A stretch of 62,479 bases of DNA, counting the filler, from Choristocarpus tenellus KU-1152 (taxonomy: Eukaryota > Protista > Phaeophyceae): the NCBI GenBank assembly GCA_964200185.2. It is 10 parts of 10 records of this genome, joined end to end, with 100 filler letters (N's around TTAATTAATTAA, not from the genome) between each part and the next. Parts side by side here need not be neighbours in the genome. Positions count along the whole stretch, not along the records: positions 28,155 to 34,147 come from CAXNAD020009217.1; positions 34,248 to 39,580 come from CAXNAD020011117.1; 8 more parts are not named here. One strand, given 5' to 3'. The translations under genes were made by a program, and so were the position numbers. Every line of letters starts with the position of its first letter. The first letter of the stretch is position 1. The notes below the pieces were generated by a model that was not told where the DNA came from, did not search any database, and saw nothing but the letters and a program-made list of their open reading frames with translations. This document shows positions 28,156 to 39,230 of this stretch, piece by piece.

Positions 28156-30003
28156 CATAGCATCGTTTTAAGGTCGTTGGATTTGAGTTGTACATCCTGG
28201 AAGGTGAGCATTGAGGGGCGCCTGTAACACTACCCCACCATACAGTTAATTGCAAAGTCCTCAGAACCCCAATTGTCGTATACCCCTGTACGGGATCACT
28301 TCCATCCCATTAACGGCTTTGAATGATGTGAGTCTGAGACTACGGTGAGGGCCCCCGCACTGTTTCCACCAACTACAATTGAAGAATTTGTTGCTTCATT
28401 GGACATCATCAGTAAGAGACCATTCCCAACTCGATTCATCAATTCTAAACGGAACCCTCAACTTCTCGGCGCCACGGTGCAACCTCTTTGGAGTGCGAAG
28501 GTTGTGATCTTTCCGATCCACCACGCAGCATCGAAATATTGCGAGAGGGGATTTTCGCTTCGACATAATCCACAGTCTGCATAACTTCAATTTGTGATAC
28601 CCTCCTGTTTGAGATCACAAATATCTCGTGAAACAGAACGTTACGAATCTGGTATATTGTAGCGAGCTGCACACAGTTCTCAGGTACCACATGGAAGGAC
28701 CATTGCTTCAATGGATATCCCTAGATCGAGGATATTACTCCCAACCCAAATCAGGAAACATTAAACAAAAATCTCAACTTCCATCCACGACTGTAAAACT
28801 GCCAGGATTCCCCCCATAAATGGAAAGTACACCTGTGGGGTGCCATGATCATGACCTTTCCAATACACCACACAGCGACGATAGGTTGTGAGGGCTTTGG
28901 TGGTGATGCAGGATACAGTGAACACAAACACAAATTTTGACACTGAAAAAATTGAAAAAACATGATCTCAAATCAAGTTTTCATCCCCTACCAACAGTTC
29001 TATGGATTTTGTCATTGTATGGAGATCGCTAGGGACTCCGATTAGTACACTGGAAGAAATGTACATATTTAGATATTCTCCAACAGTGTCAATCCTGGTC
29101 TGTCTCAATCCTGGTCTGTCTCACTGTGAGCCGGTAGCACAGTGTGAGCTTGGTGCCGAAGTGTATCAAAACGCTCCGTAACTGTCACAGGCGAAGAGCG
29201 CGACCATTTCTTCCCATGTTTCAGCAAATACGAACATTTGTGACAGACGTATAGTGCGAGCATTGTTTCTCCTGTTCTAACAAGTGCGAACTATATTCGA
29301 TATTAGTAACTCATAGGTAGTCTTACAGAATAAATGATGATTTCATAGAAGATACAGAGTAAGGTTCGGAATACATACGTAACATTTGTCAAAGTCCCTA
29401 AGAAGTTGCAGAATACAGGTTCATGATTGGAGTACGTGTAGAGCAGTTGGATAGAAGACCAAAGATATTGGGTGGATGATGAAAATAACAAGAGGGCTTG
29501 TGGCCAAACGATCACCTCTTTTTACCTCCAGTCGTTATCTTGATCTTGAACGAAACTTTGAGTCGGTCTTTGAGCTAAGCACTGAGTGGAATATCAAGAA
29601 GAGAGGGAGTGAAAGTATCTTAGAGGGTACGAGTTTTGCCCTTTTTGTCCATTTGGGGCTTCGCTTCCCATTTTTTTTTATGACATTTTCCTACTCCGAA
29701 ATGTTTCAGAGTAGGTAAGATGTATACGTTATGAAAAGGTGTGTTCGGAACACGGGTATTGACACTTCCTAGCAAACACAATAACCGAAAATACATCGAA
29801 ATTGCAGCATTGGCTTTTGGCCCCCAAATGGACGCGGCTCTACCCTCTAAGATACTTTGGCTCGAGGGACACCTGACTCCCTACAAACTGTTGTAAAGGG
29901 CAACGCCCCCATAGCGTTGTTTTAAGGTCGTTCGATTTGAGTGGTACATCCTGTCTGTGGAAGTGAGTTCCGAGGGGTGCCTGTAATATAACTTACCCAT
30001 CAG
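28156..30003 (+). repeat. Diverged ~90-bp direct repeat pair (28156-28245 and 29910-30003)
   Basis: CATAGCATCGTTTTAAGGTCGTTGGATTTGAGTTGTACATCCTG versus CATAGCGTTGTTTTAAGGTCGTTCGATTTGAGTGGTACATCCTG. Confidence 0.75.
29607..29863 (+). mobile_element. MITE family A, full length (257 bp), reference copy
   Basis: TIRs GAGTGAAAGTATCTTAGAGGGTA / TACCCTCTAAGATACTTTGGCTC; perfect TSD GAGG (29603-29606, 29864-29867). Confidence 0.95.
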
Positions 30004-31127
30004 GTGCGTACCTACAGATCACAAACCATGGCCCTAATAATACACATAGGACGCCTGGGGTATAAACGAGGATGGTAGTTATCAGGTTAGCAGATGAAGG
30101 TATAGTTCCTTTCAATGTAAACGTACAACAAGATATCAAAGAACTGAGGCCTATGGGCGATCTCTGTCCATGAAATCTGTTGTGAGGTTTTTAGACTATA
30201 ATACATTTGAAAACCTTTGCTTTATTCTAAGTTACAGATTTTATACTGTAATTATAACGAATTGAACTTCTCCATTCGAGGGTCCACGCGCACGCTTACT
30301 GCTCGCACTGTTTAGAACACGAGAAGAAACACTTGCGCTACTCGCCTGTAACATTAGTTGGAAGTTGATTGGTAGTAGAGTCACCTGCCAAGATGATGGC
30401 TACATGCAGTTACAAGGATACTGGAGCGGAGTGCGAAAGTTTAAGGGATACCTCGTACGTATTTTTTGTGGGCAAGGGTTGAAGATATGGATGTGATTAT
30501 TGGTACTTGATACGTATCACTGTCTGTGCAGAAAAGGTGGAGTAATGCATGGGGTTAGTGCTAGTTCACCTGTATTGCTGTGGACCGAGTGAAGCTCGAT
30601 GCCTATTGGTGTACAAAGGGTGAAGGTTCAAAGAGGAGAGATATTACCTCCCTTGATGTGGATTGCTTGAAAGAAGAGGTCCAGTCACATATATATGTAA
30701 AGTGTTGGTCAAAATCCTAACCCTATGTACCCATATCCATCTAACTGTCTGTACAGGTGAGGCGAGTATAGGAATGAGATTATTTTTGTGGTAGGTGATG
30801 ATTATTGCTGAACGAAAGAGCAGGTGATTAGTACTAATTGTGTACTGCTGTACAAACGGGATAAAGTCATGTATGGCATTAACGGTAGGTATTGCAATGC
30901 AACCTAGCCTACCTCTCAGTTGGTTTTGACTCTTCATGACGCAAGGATGAAACAGATATCCAATTCCACTTGATGACCTTCCGAGGGCGGAAGGGTACTT
31001 TTGGTTCAACTTTAGAATTACAGCAACAGTAGTACCACTTAAAATAATTGCAAGTACTCCGTACCTAATACTCAAAGTACCTCCTGAACGACGGACTACA
31101 GTCCTGGTAGAGTTCTTGCTGGACCAA

Positions 31128-31554
31128 GAGTGAACGTATCTTAGAGGGTACGAGTTTTTCTCTGTGCGTTTGGGTCTTGGCCTCCCATCCATGTATTAAG
31201 GCATTTTCCTACTCCAAAATGTTTCCGAGTCGGTAAAATGTGTACGTTACGAAAAGGTGTGTCTGGAACAAGGATATTACACTTCCTAACAAGCAAGATG
31301 GTCAAAACTACATCAAAATTGTATGAGTTTTTCTCTGTGCGTTTGGGGCCTTGCTTCCCATGTATTTGATGACACTTGCCTACTCCAAAATGTTTCCGAG
31401 TAGGTAAAATGTGCACGTTACGGAAAGGTGTGTCTGGAGCAAGGATATTACATTATTTCCTAACAAACGTGATGGCCAAAATTACATTAAAATCGCAACA
31501 TTGGATTTTGGCCTCCAAATGGACACGGCTATACCCTCTAAGATTTTTTGGCTC
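31128..31554 (+). mobile_element. MITE family A with an internal ~173-bp tandem duplication
   Basis: Both TIRs present; GAGTTTTTCTCTGTGCGTTTGGG at 31152 and again at 31325; flanks CCAA/CCAG. Confidence 0.9.
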
Positions 31555-31599
31555 CCAGGTAAAAGTGGAGGGACCAGGCCACTAGCCATGCCCCCATGT

Positions 31600-31960
31600 A
31601 CAAAGAGTTTACCGTTAGGGCTTGTCCTGTGAGGTTTGGGATTTTAACCAGACTGGGTCACGGACCGGTACCAGAATATATTTCAACGAGGGCTGGTCCA
31701 TGACCGCAAATGAGCGACTGCCGAAGCGTTGATGTTTGACCTGGGGTACGTCCAGATGGAAAGTGGAAGCAGGGCACACAGGAGAAGTACTAGAGAATAT
31801 GTTTGCAAGATTTCGATCTGAATAAGCACCAGAAATCAACCCAACCAAGCAGGTGTTGCGCATCGTACTTGATGAAACCAAGTGCTTGATGGATGATGAC
31901 TGGCGTATCAAAGAAGGAAACTTGGCAATTGAGACTACGTTTTTCACACAAAATAAATCA
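31600..31960 (+). mobile_element. Possible 3' remnant of an RTE-like LINE
   Basis: MTANERLPKR and VLDETKCLMDDDWRIKE resemble the post-RT C-terminus of RTE-clade LINEs; heavily degraded. Confidence 0.35.
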
Positions 31961-32497
31961 GTAGGTAAGACAGCTCAAGCTGAGTGTGCCACATACACAC
32001 CCACGATCGCCCGTCGAGGGATATTGCTTCTTCCGATCGGTCGCTCTTCTTGGGTTGATCATTACTTCCTCTTTTCAGTATTATTTCCAGCAGTTTGCAG
32101 GATAGACTGTTAATGGTCAGGAAGATGGTATCGGAATATTATATTTCTTGTGGGGATAATGCAAAAAGTAGTACTCTTACCAGATTACCCTAAAATCCAA
32201 ACAAAATACGTCTCAGCCTACAAGAACTGTTCCCTGTGTGACCTTTCTTCTACACACGCGAGTAACTTTTTCAAGAGGAAACCGCCCGGCAAACTGTTCG
32301 GACTGATCACGAGGAACGGAGGAAGTAGTTTGAACACGCACCAAATACGTGTATGTCATGTGTGACGGCCAGACAGATCGGATGTGACCTCGAGTTTAAA
32401 TTTTTTCCCGCAGTGCTGTAGTTATTGAAAGACGCTGTTGGAGTAGATGATAAATCTGTCGGAGGTACTGGGTTCTAGCGAGTAGAGTCTGTGTGAC

Positions 32498-32622
32498 AGC
32501 TCAAAGTATCTGGGGGTGGCTGTCCATTTGGCCTCTGTTTTTCCATTTCGCATTTTCTTGTGTGATTTGGTTGCATGTGTCGGATGGATAATGTAAGTGC
32601 ACTTTTCCTGGTCAGGGCCTAT
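32498..32622 (-). mobile_element. MITE family B, truncated
   Basis: AGCTCAAAGTATCTGGGGGTGGCTGTCCATTTGG ... TAAGTGCACTTTTCCTGGTC aligns with 7432-7555. Confidence 0.8.
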
Positions 32623-34085
32623 CTTTGCATGATGCCTCTCCGAGGGGGAGCATTCTTCTTCAACCCATTTTTTCGAACCATCGGTTCTTGCTTTCGAACG
32701 CCACTCTAACCGAGCGCATTTCAAGCCAGCGGCAAGACCCCCCCCCCAAAAAAAAATGGAGAAAACAAAGATAGTATAAAAATGTGAAACCGTCACATCT
32801 ATCCTCTCTTATTTTCGTATCTCTGAACACTTCGCCTCCTCTCTTTAGTGTGTGACACAAGCTTCTCTTACAGGCACATGAAAGGGGAACGGCACAACAA
32901 CAAAAAAAAGGAGAAATAAAAAAAAACAAAAAAGTGTACAAGAAACCAACCACCCTCTCTTTTGATGGAATCGCACACCATACATAACCCAACACAAAAA
33001 ATAAACAATACCAAGTAGGGGGCTGAGGAAAAGGTGTGTTTATGATCCTTGCCTTACATCACAATTACACCCACATTTTTTCTTTCATTCTTGTTTCTAG
33101 GATGCCACCAGACACCGAAGAGCAAACAGCCGATGCAGCTATTTTTCACTACCTCGCTGATGACTTCAGATGGATCGAAAATCCACCCACCGTTGTATGT
33201 AACTCTAAGATGTCACATGTGATGTAGACCATTGTGTGCCAAAGCGTTCCTCCTTTAATCCACCTCATCCACTAAAGGTAATAAACTTCACAATAATATA
33301 TTCCCCAAAGCGAACTTCTGGTGTCAGTTCCAACCGCTACAGTCCTTCCATGCTGTCCTCACGGTATATAAACAGATCGGTAACCTACAAAAACTGTGGA
33401 AATATTATATTTTTTTCTTATTATTATTCTTATTTTTATTCCGCTGCAATTATTGTGGTGATGTGCTCGGACGCAGCAGACAAGGTCGCCAGGCAGAATC
33501 CTGTGCCAAAACATTGAGAGAGAGAGAGAGAAGTAAGAAGGGTGGGGGGGGAGGGGGATGGGAGATAACGGGACAGGTCAGTCCACTATTATTACTAAAG
33601 ATGCGAATATGCATCTTATTACTGTTCTATTGGAGGAATAAGTTTTTTGCACGAAACCCTGGCACCACGAGAAAATTAAAAAAAAATCAATCTCGCACGC
33701 AGTACCCAGACGCACGAAAATAAACAAATAATTGAGAGGTTACACTGAGACTACCACTACACTACTACTACTACCATTGTACACAGTTGTCAATTGGGAT
33801 CGATATGATTCACAACCCCACCATATACATACACCCACAAGTCAAAACCACTCTACATATCATTTCCGAGGATCAATCTGTACAGCATGTGAAACAAATG
33901 GAGGGGGGGTGGGGGAGGAACAGGACAAGAGTAATCACAACACAACAAAACAAAATAATAAAAAATCAGGATTATCACTACTTACCAATAATAATTAATT
34001 TATTAACCAGTAGTAAGATTAATTCGCTCAACTCAACCTCCAACCAATCAACCCCTCCAAAAAACAAACATGTTTAAACCCCTCG

Positions 34086-34131
<46 letters not shown>

Positions 34132-34899
34132 ACATCACCATAAATTTNNNNNNNNNNNNNNNNNNNNNNNNNNNNNNNNNNNNNNNNNNNNTTAATTAAT
34201 TAANNNNNNNNNNNNNNNNNNNNNNNNNNNNNNNNNNNNNNNNNNNNCACAGCGTAGAGCAACATAAACCTTTGGTGTTTTGAGTCAAAGTGTTTAAGTG
34301 GGGGGGGGGTGCCCTGTTTATGGGTTGTGAGCTTGGCTTCCCACAGATTTTATATGCCGTTTATTGGTTTTCTGTGTGAACAAAATTACCTAACCCTAAC
34401 CCTAACCCTAAAATGTGTACAACTACTGTGCAAGGTGTGTAAAATGAATACAATGATATTGGCAATTGCTATCCCTGTACCCACCTTCAACCCCCCCTAA
34501 CCCTACATACATGCCATGTTCGAGATGTGTTTAAATAACCCTTGCCCTAGCCCTAGCCCTAACCCTAGCACTGGTTCTTTGGCGTAGGTAGTTCCTATGA
34601 CTTCACTCTTGCCCCATGTTCAGAACGTTTAAAAAAAAATGAAGACTCGTCATAACCCTAACCCTAGCCCTATATTTTGTGTCTAGTTAGTCCTGAACAC
34701 CCTTACGCACCCATATATCATACATCAACCATCTCACCTGTATCAAAAAAAAAAAAGTGCCTTCCCTATTTGTGATACACCTATGACACACCCTCTCTTA
34801 ACCCTAACCCTAACATTCACCTCTGTTTCTATTCTTAAACACTCACCCTGACCCTAAACCTTGATGAGATTTTCACACTGATTCCATTGTACTTCAACT

Positions 34900-35043
34900 G
34901 TATGTGGAGACAAAACGACCCTAACCCTTTCCGGTCATGTCCTTTCCCGTCAATCGAAAATCTTAAATAATATCAGTATGTGGAGACAAAACGACCCTAA
35001 CCCTTTCCGGTCATGTCCTTTCATGTCAATCGAAAATCTTAAA
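34900..35043 (+). repeat. Tandem duplication, 76-bp period
   Basis: GTATGTGGAGACAAAACGACCCTAACCCTTTCCGGTCATGTCC at 34900 and 34976. Confidence 0.9.
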
Positions 35044-35049
35044 ATGCAG

Positions 35050-38000
35050 ACAAACACAGCTGCCTCCCCTGAGCTGGTTGGGTTTTCATCCAGCGAGATT
35101 ATGTCTTATGCACAACATCCTGCCACCACTAAGGGGGCTTACGACAGGGTGGGTGACCCCCTCTCCCCCCCCCCCCCCCCCCCGCCCCCATGCCCCCCCC
35201 CACAAATATTTTTAACATTAATATTTTTTTTTTTTAAAATTAGTATTACTAGCCATTAATGTTATTAACCTGTTTATTCAATTATAGGGTTATGCTTTTT
35301 AGTGAGGTTGTTTCTTTGTTAGGGTTAGGGTTAGGGTTAGGGTTAGGGTCAGATCAGATGGTCTCTCCGTTTGTTCTGAAAAAAAATTGTGTTAATGATG
35401 TGTGTGTGCTTGGACTATTTTCTGCTGAGGTTTTTGTGTGTTATGTTATGTTATGTTATGTTATGGCGGTGGTGGTGGTAAGTGAGCGTACTTTAGATAG
35501 AGTGCATGTGTAAGGATGTCTCAAGTGTGTGTCTGTGGCTAGTCAAGTTTTTTGTAGAAAAATTATGGACTTCAAAAAAAAGTTGTGATGTGTATGTTAT
35601 GTACAGGTGAAATTACAGGGTGTTCCATATATATATATATATATGCCATCCTATTCTTAAAAATCTTGAAAGTATTGTATGCCAAAGTATTGTATGCCAA
35701 AGTATTGTATGCCAAAGTATTGTATGCCAAACCTGCGTGTACCCCTATCTCTAACCCCAAAGAATACTACTCCGATCTACTGCACTTTTTATCACTCTTT
35801 TATATCCCTAACCCTAGCTAGTACATTTTTTATATTTATTAATCTACATATTTCAGTGCAACTAAAAATTTTCTAACTTATGTTTGTGCTTGTTAAAATC
35901 AAGTGTTTTTACCCGTATCCTCGGTTAGAACCTGAAGACAGATTATTATTATTATTATTATTATTGTTATTGTTATTATTTGATGATGTGTGCGTGCCTC
36001 ACATACTATTTTTTGTTTTACCTTGGGTTAGGGTTAGGGTTAGTCACCACAACGGTCCTTGTAATGTGTGACAAAGACTATGGGTCCAAGTGCTTTTTTT
36101 TTTAGTACTGTGGCGTGGTAAGCACTGTGTGATAGGTTAGTCTTTATAGGGTAAACGGATTGGTTAGTCGGGAACTCATCATTGATTGAAGAGTGCCTTC
36201 ATTTGCAGGACATGTACTATAAACTTCTGGGTAAGCTGTAAAGAACCCCATAAAGAGCGCAAAAAGCTCTTTTGTCACATCATGATCTTCCTGTTCAAAC
36301 CTACATCAAGTGTATTTCTGAGAGATGAAGAACTTTTTAGTATTATTTTCATATTCCCGCCTTCTTTTTGTGGAAACCCTAACCTTCAGTGTAAATGGCA
36401 GACCGGTGGTAGCCCTAGCCCTAACCAGAAAATATCTTGTGAAAAGCTGTATCCTTCTTTGTGGTCCTAACCCTAAGACCTACTCCTAAATCAGTCTCAA
36501 GTAGTACAGTGTTGATTAACATTGACTTATAGCCCTAACCCTAATCCAACAAATGAGGTACTTCAGGTGCTATTATTGGAGTGGATAAGAGTTCATTGGC
36601 AAAATGTTGGTCTATCTACTACCATAAGTTTTTAACCCTGGTTATACCTAACCCTAACCCTGTAACTATTACCTATTTTACTTTTCCAAAACCCCCTTTA
36701 TTTGGACCCTAACTCTAAATTGACAACCATGCCTTGTGGGCCAGGGGTAGTTCCTCTTATAGTGTAGACTGTCAAGTGTGTCAAAATTGGATTATTAAAA
36801 GTACTACACTACTGCGGACTTGACATACCTGGGAGTGATGTGTATTGCCCCTAACCATAAAACTAAAAGTGGCATTGAACAAGTACTGGAGAGCTTAGCG
36901 GCAAGGTAGAGTCATTTCTTTATTTGGCCCCTGTAACCTAAGCGTCAACCCTTGGGGAACTATTGATGTAACTGAAAGGTAAGTTGGTCTAGAATTGATT
37001 GAAGATTACATGTCATGACAGGTACCAAACATGACTGGTACCAAATATGACAAGTACCAAATACGACAGGTACCAAACATGGCAGGTACCAAACATGGTA
37101 GGTACCAACCAACTCTGACAAACAGAGTTCAACTGCAAGCCTCATTGCTCAATGTAATGCTGATTGAACTTCAACCAGGTACAATCTCTCCTGTCAGCAC
37201 TCTTGTCTGTGGCCTTGCAAGACAACACATGGGTGACACTGGCCCTAGCCCACCTCCGTGAGATTGTGTTTGGACCACAGCAAAAGTGGGGTGGAGCAGA
37301 AGCTACAACATCAGCAGTGCCTGTCAGCAAGGCGGGGGGGGGAGCCTTCACCCCAGAGCGGCGGAAGCTATCTGCATTTGACCTTGGGCGCGCTGTAGGA
37401 CTGGAGAATGTACCATCGCTGCAGCAGATGGCGGAGCTGTTTGTGTGCTTGCAGGGGGAGAGTGTGAGTTGTGGGGGAAGGGCAGGGAGGTCATTGTTGT
37501 GTTGGGGGTGGGGCGAGGAGGGAAAGAAGGGAGTTTCTGTTGTGGTGTATGTATGTATGTATGTATGTATTGTTGTTTGTGTGTAAGGGATATAGGGACA
37601 GTCTGGTGGTGGGAAAATGTGTACATAGAGAGGATAGCGGAAGAACGTAGTGTGTGTATGTAAGGCAATGTTTACGTAGAGATGATTGCGGAAGAGTGTT
37701 CGTCTTGGTGACTATAACATACTATGTGTATGTAAGGCAATGTTTACGTAGAGATGATTGCGGAAGAGTGTTCCTCTTCTTGGTGACTATAACATACTAT
37801 GTGTATGTATGGCAGTGTGTACATCGAGAGGATTGCGGAAGAGTGTTCCTCTTATTGGTGAATAAAACGGAATATGTGTATATATTGGAAGTGTTTTTGA
37901 TCTTTGTCTAAAGTGGGGAGGGAGCAGAGTTTAAGGCGTCTTGAGAGTGCTTTGATTATAAAAATTAACTACGATGTATTAATTAAAAATTAAGAATTAA

Positions 38001-38688
38001 GTGTACTGTCCTAGGATAATTGCATGTTGCCTATTTATATCTCTGAGGTTTTTTCATTAGACAAAATTGATCTGTTGAGCAATGATTTTATCCAGGTTGG
38101 GGGATGGGAAAATTGGAAAATATTTGCTGAGTTTTGTATGTGTGTGGATGTTTGTACAATGCAGTACATCAAACAATGTATGCATATATATGTATATATA
38201 TAGACCTGTTACTACCGAGGGTGCATTAATGTATGTTACCTCCCCTCAGCAACCCACTTACTTGGCCATCACCAGTCATCCTACCCTAATCAAAATACTG
38301 TCTTATAATATTCCTTTTGAACCTTGTTTTGTCTCACCACCAGTCATCCTACCCTAATCAAAATACTGTCTTACAATATTCCCTTTGTATCTTATTTTGT
38401 CTTCCGTGTCTGATGCCACACCAGATACTGGGGTATGTTAATCCTCGATTTGGACAGCCTGGGGGCACAATGAACAAGATCCTCTCCCATGAGATGATGG
38501 ATGTCTTGTCTGCACTAATGCTGACTGCAAACAGGGTTGCCCAAGCTAATAGGCGAGCTGGTTTGTGTGGATTTCAGTGTGGAAGTGGAATGGGGGGGGG
38601 GCTGTGGGGGGATGTAAACAGGTGGAGTGGATTATATGTGCAAGGCCTACAGATGTGGTAACCATTTAGAGTGTCAAGTGTAGGTCAT

Positions 38689-38721
<33 letters not shown>

Positions 38722-39033
38722 AAGTGGTTTCTAGTTTGTTGTGAGGCGTGTCCATATCCCTAACCGCTGTACTTGCCTGTGGGTTGTGTTTGGTGTAGCA
38801 GCATGTCCTGCGTGAATAGTGTATTTGTGGTGTAAATTCCAAGCATATGCAGCCAACAAAACAGCATGGTGTCCCCTCTTTTTCGTTACTTCTTGTTAGG
38901 TGAGAAGATGAGATGGGGGGTTAGAGGGTCAGGGTTGAGTTTGGACCGACTTAAGAGGGCGATAGTCTCGCCTTCCACTTCTTACTGCAAACCCAAGTGG
39001 TTCAAGGGTTGGCCTCAACCCAAACGTTTTTTT

Positions 39034-39068
<35 letters not shown>

Positions 39069-39230
39069 ATCTCTCTTATATATCTCTCTTCTTTTCTCAG
39101 GTGCATCGCTCTCTCACGGAGCCTTCTGTCCACTCTCCGAGAGTTGCAATCCATGGAAGGCGGCGGTGGACGTGGGAGGGACTCGGGGGGTGTGGAAAAG
39201 ATTGCCCAAGCTCTCACACGGAAGAGTGAG
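35050..39230 (+). CDS. Internal exons of a large protein, probably the giant DUF3638/DUF3645-associated family of protists. Exons 35050-35148, 37179-37463, 38425-38552, 39101-39230
   Basis: The four exons splice in frame (junction phases 0, 0, 2; last exon ends in phase 0): TNTAASPELVGF.../VQSLLSALL...ELFVCLQGES/ILGYVNP...LSALMLTANRVAQANR/CIALSRSLLSTLREL...ALTRKSE. Family assignment rests on recalled similarity of the 'LTANRVAQxNRC' motif and is unverified. Confidence 0.7.
35669..35731 (+). repeat. Minisatellite (AAAGTATTGTATGCC)4
   Basis: Four perfect 15-bp units. Confidence 0.95.
37019..37108 (+). repeat. Minisatellite, 16-bp unit CAGGTACCAAACATGA, about 5.5 copies
   Basis: GTACCAAA core repeated at 16-bp spacing. 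Confidence 0.9.
37653..37870 (+). repeat. Tandem repeat, ~72-75-bp unit, 3 copies
   Basis: GATTGCGGAAGAGTGTTC occurs three times. Confidence 0.9.
38270..38388 (+). repeat. Tandem duplication, 68-bp period
   Basis: CACCAGTCATCCTACCCTAATCAAAATACTGTCTTA at 38270 and 38338. Confidence 0.9.

Larger units (their letters stand above)
34389..36860. repeat. Dispersed telomere-like CCCTAA/TTAGGG motifs
   Basis: (CCTAAC)n at 34389-34411, (TTAGGG)5 at 35319-35348, GGGTTAGGGTTAGGGTTAG at about 36025, and many one- or two-unit copies in both orientations. Confidence 0.85.

Noticed and set aside
29607-29867. Family A as an introner (GT at position 3, AG in the TSD)
   Set aside because: Frame-neutral splicing would work only for this copy's TSD, and no copy lies in a recognisable host exon.
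34086-34128. Long poly-C tract (and poly-G near 39510)
   Set aside because: Located near contig ends, where homopolymer length is unreliable.
37019-37870. CRISPR-like array
   Set aside because: Head-to-tail minisatellites without unique spacers, in eukaryotic introns; no cas genes.
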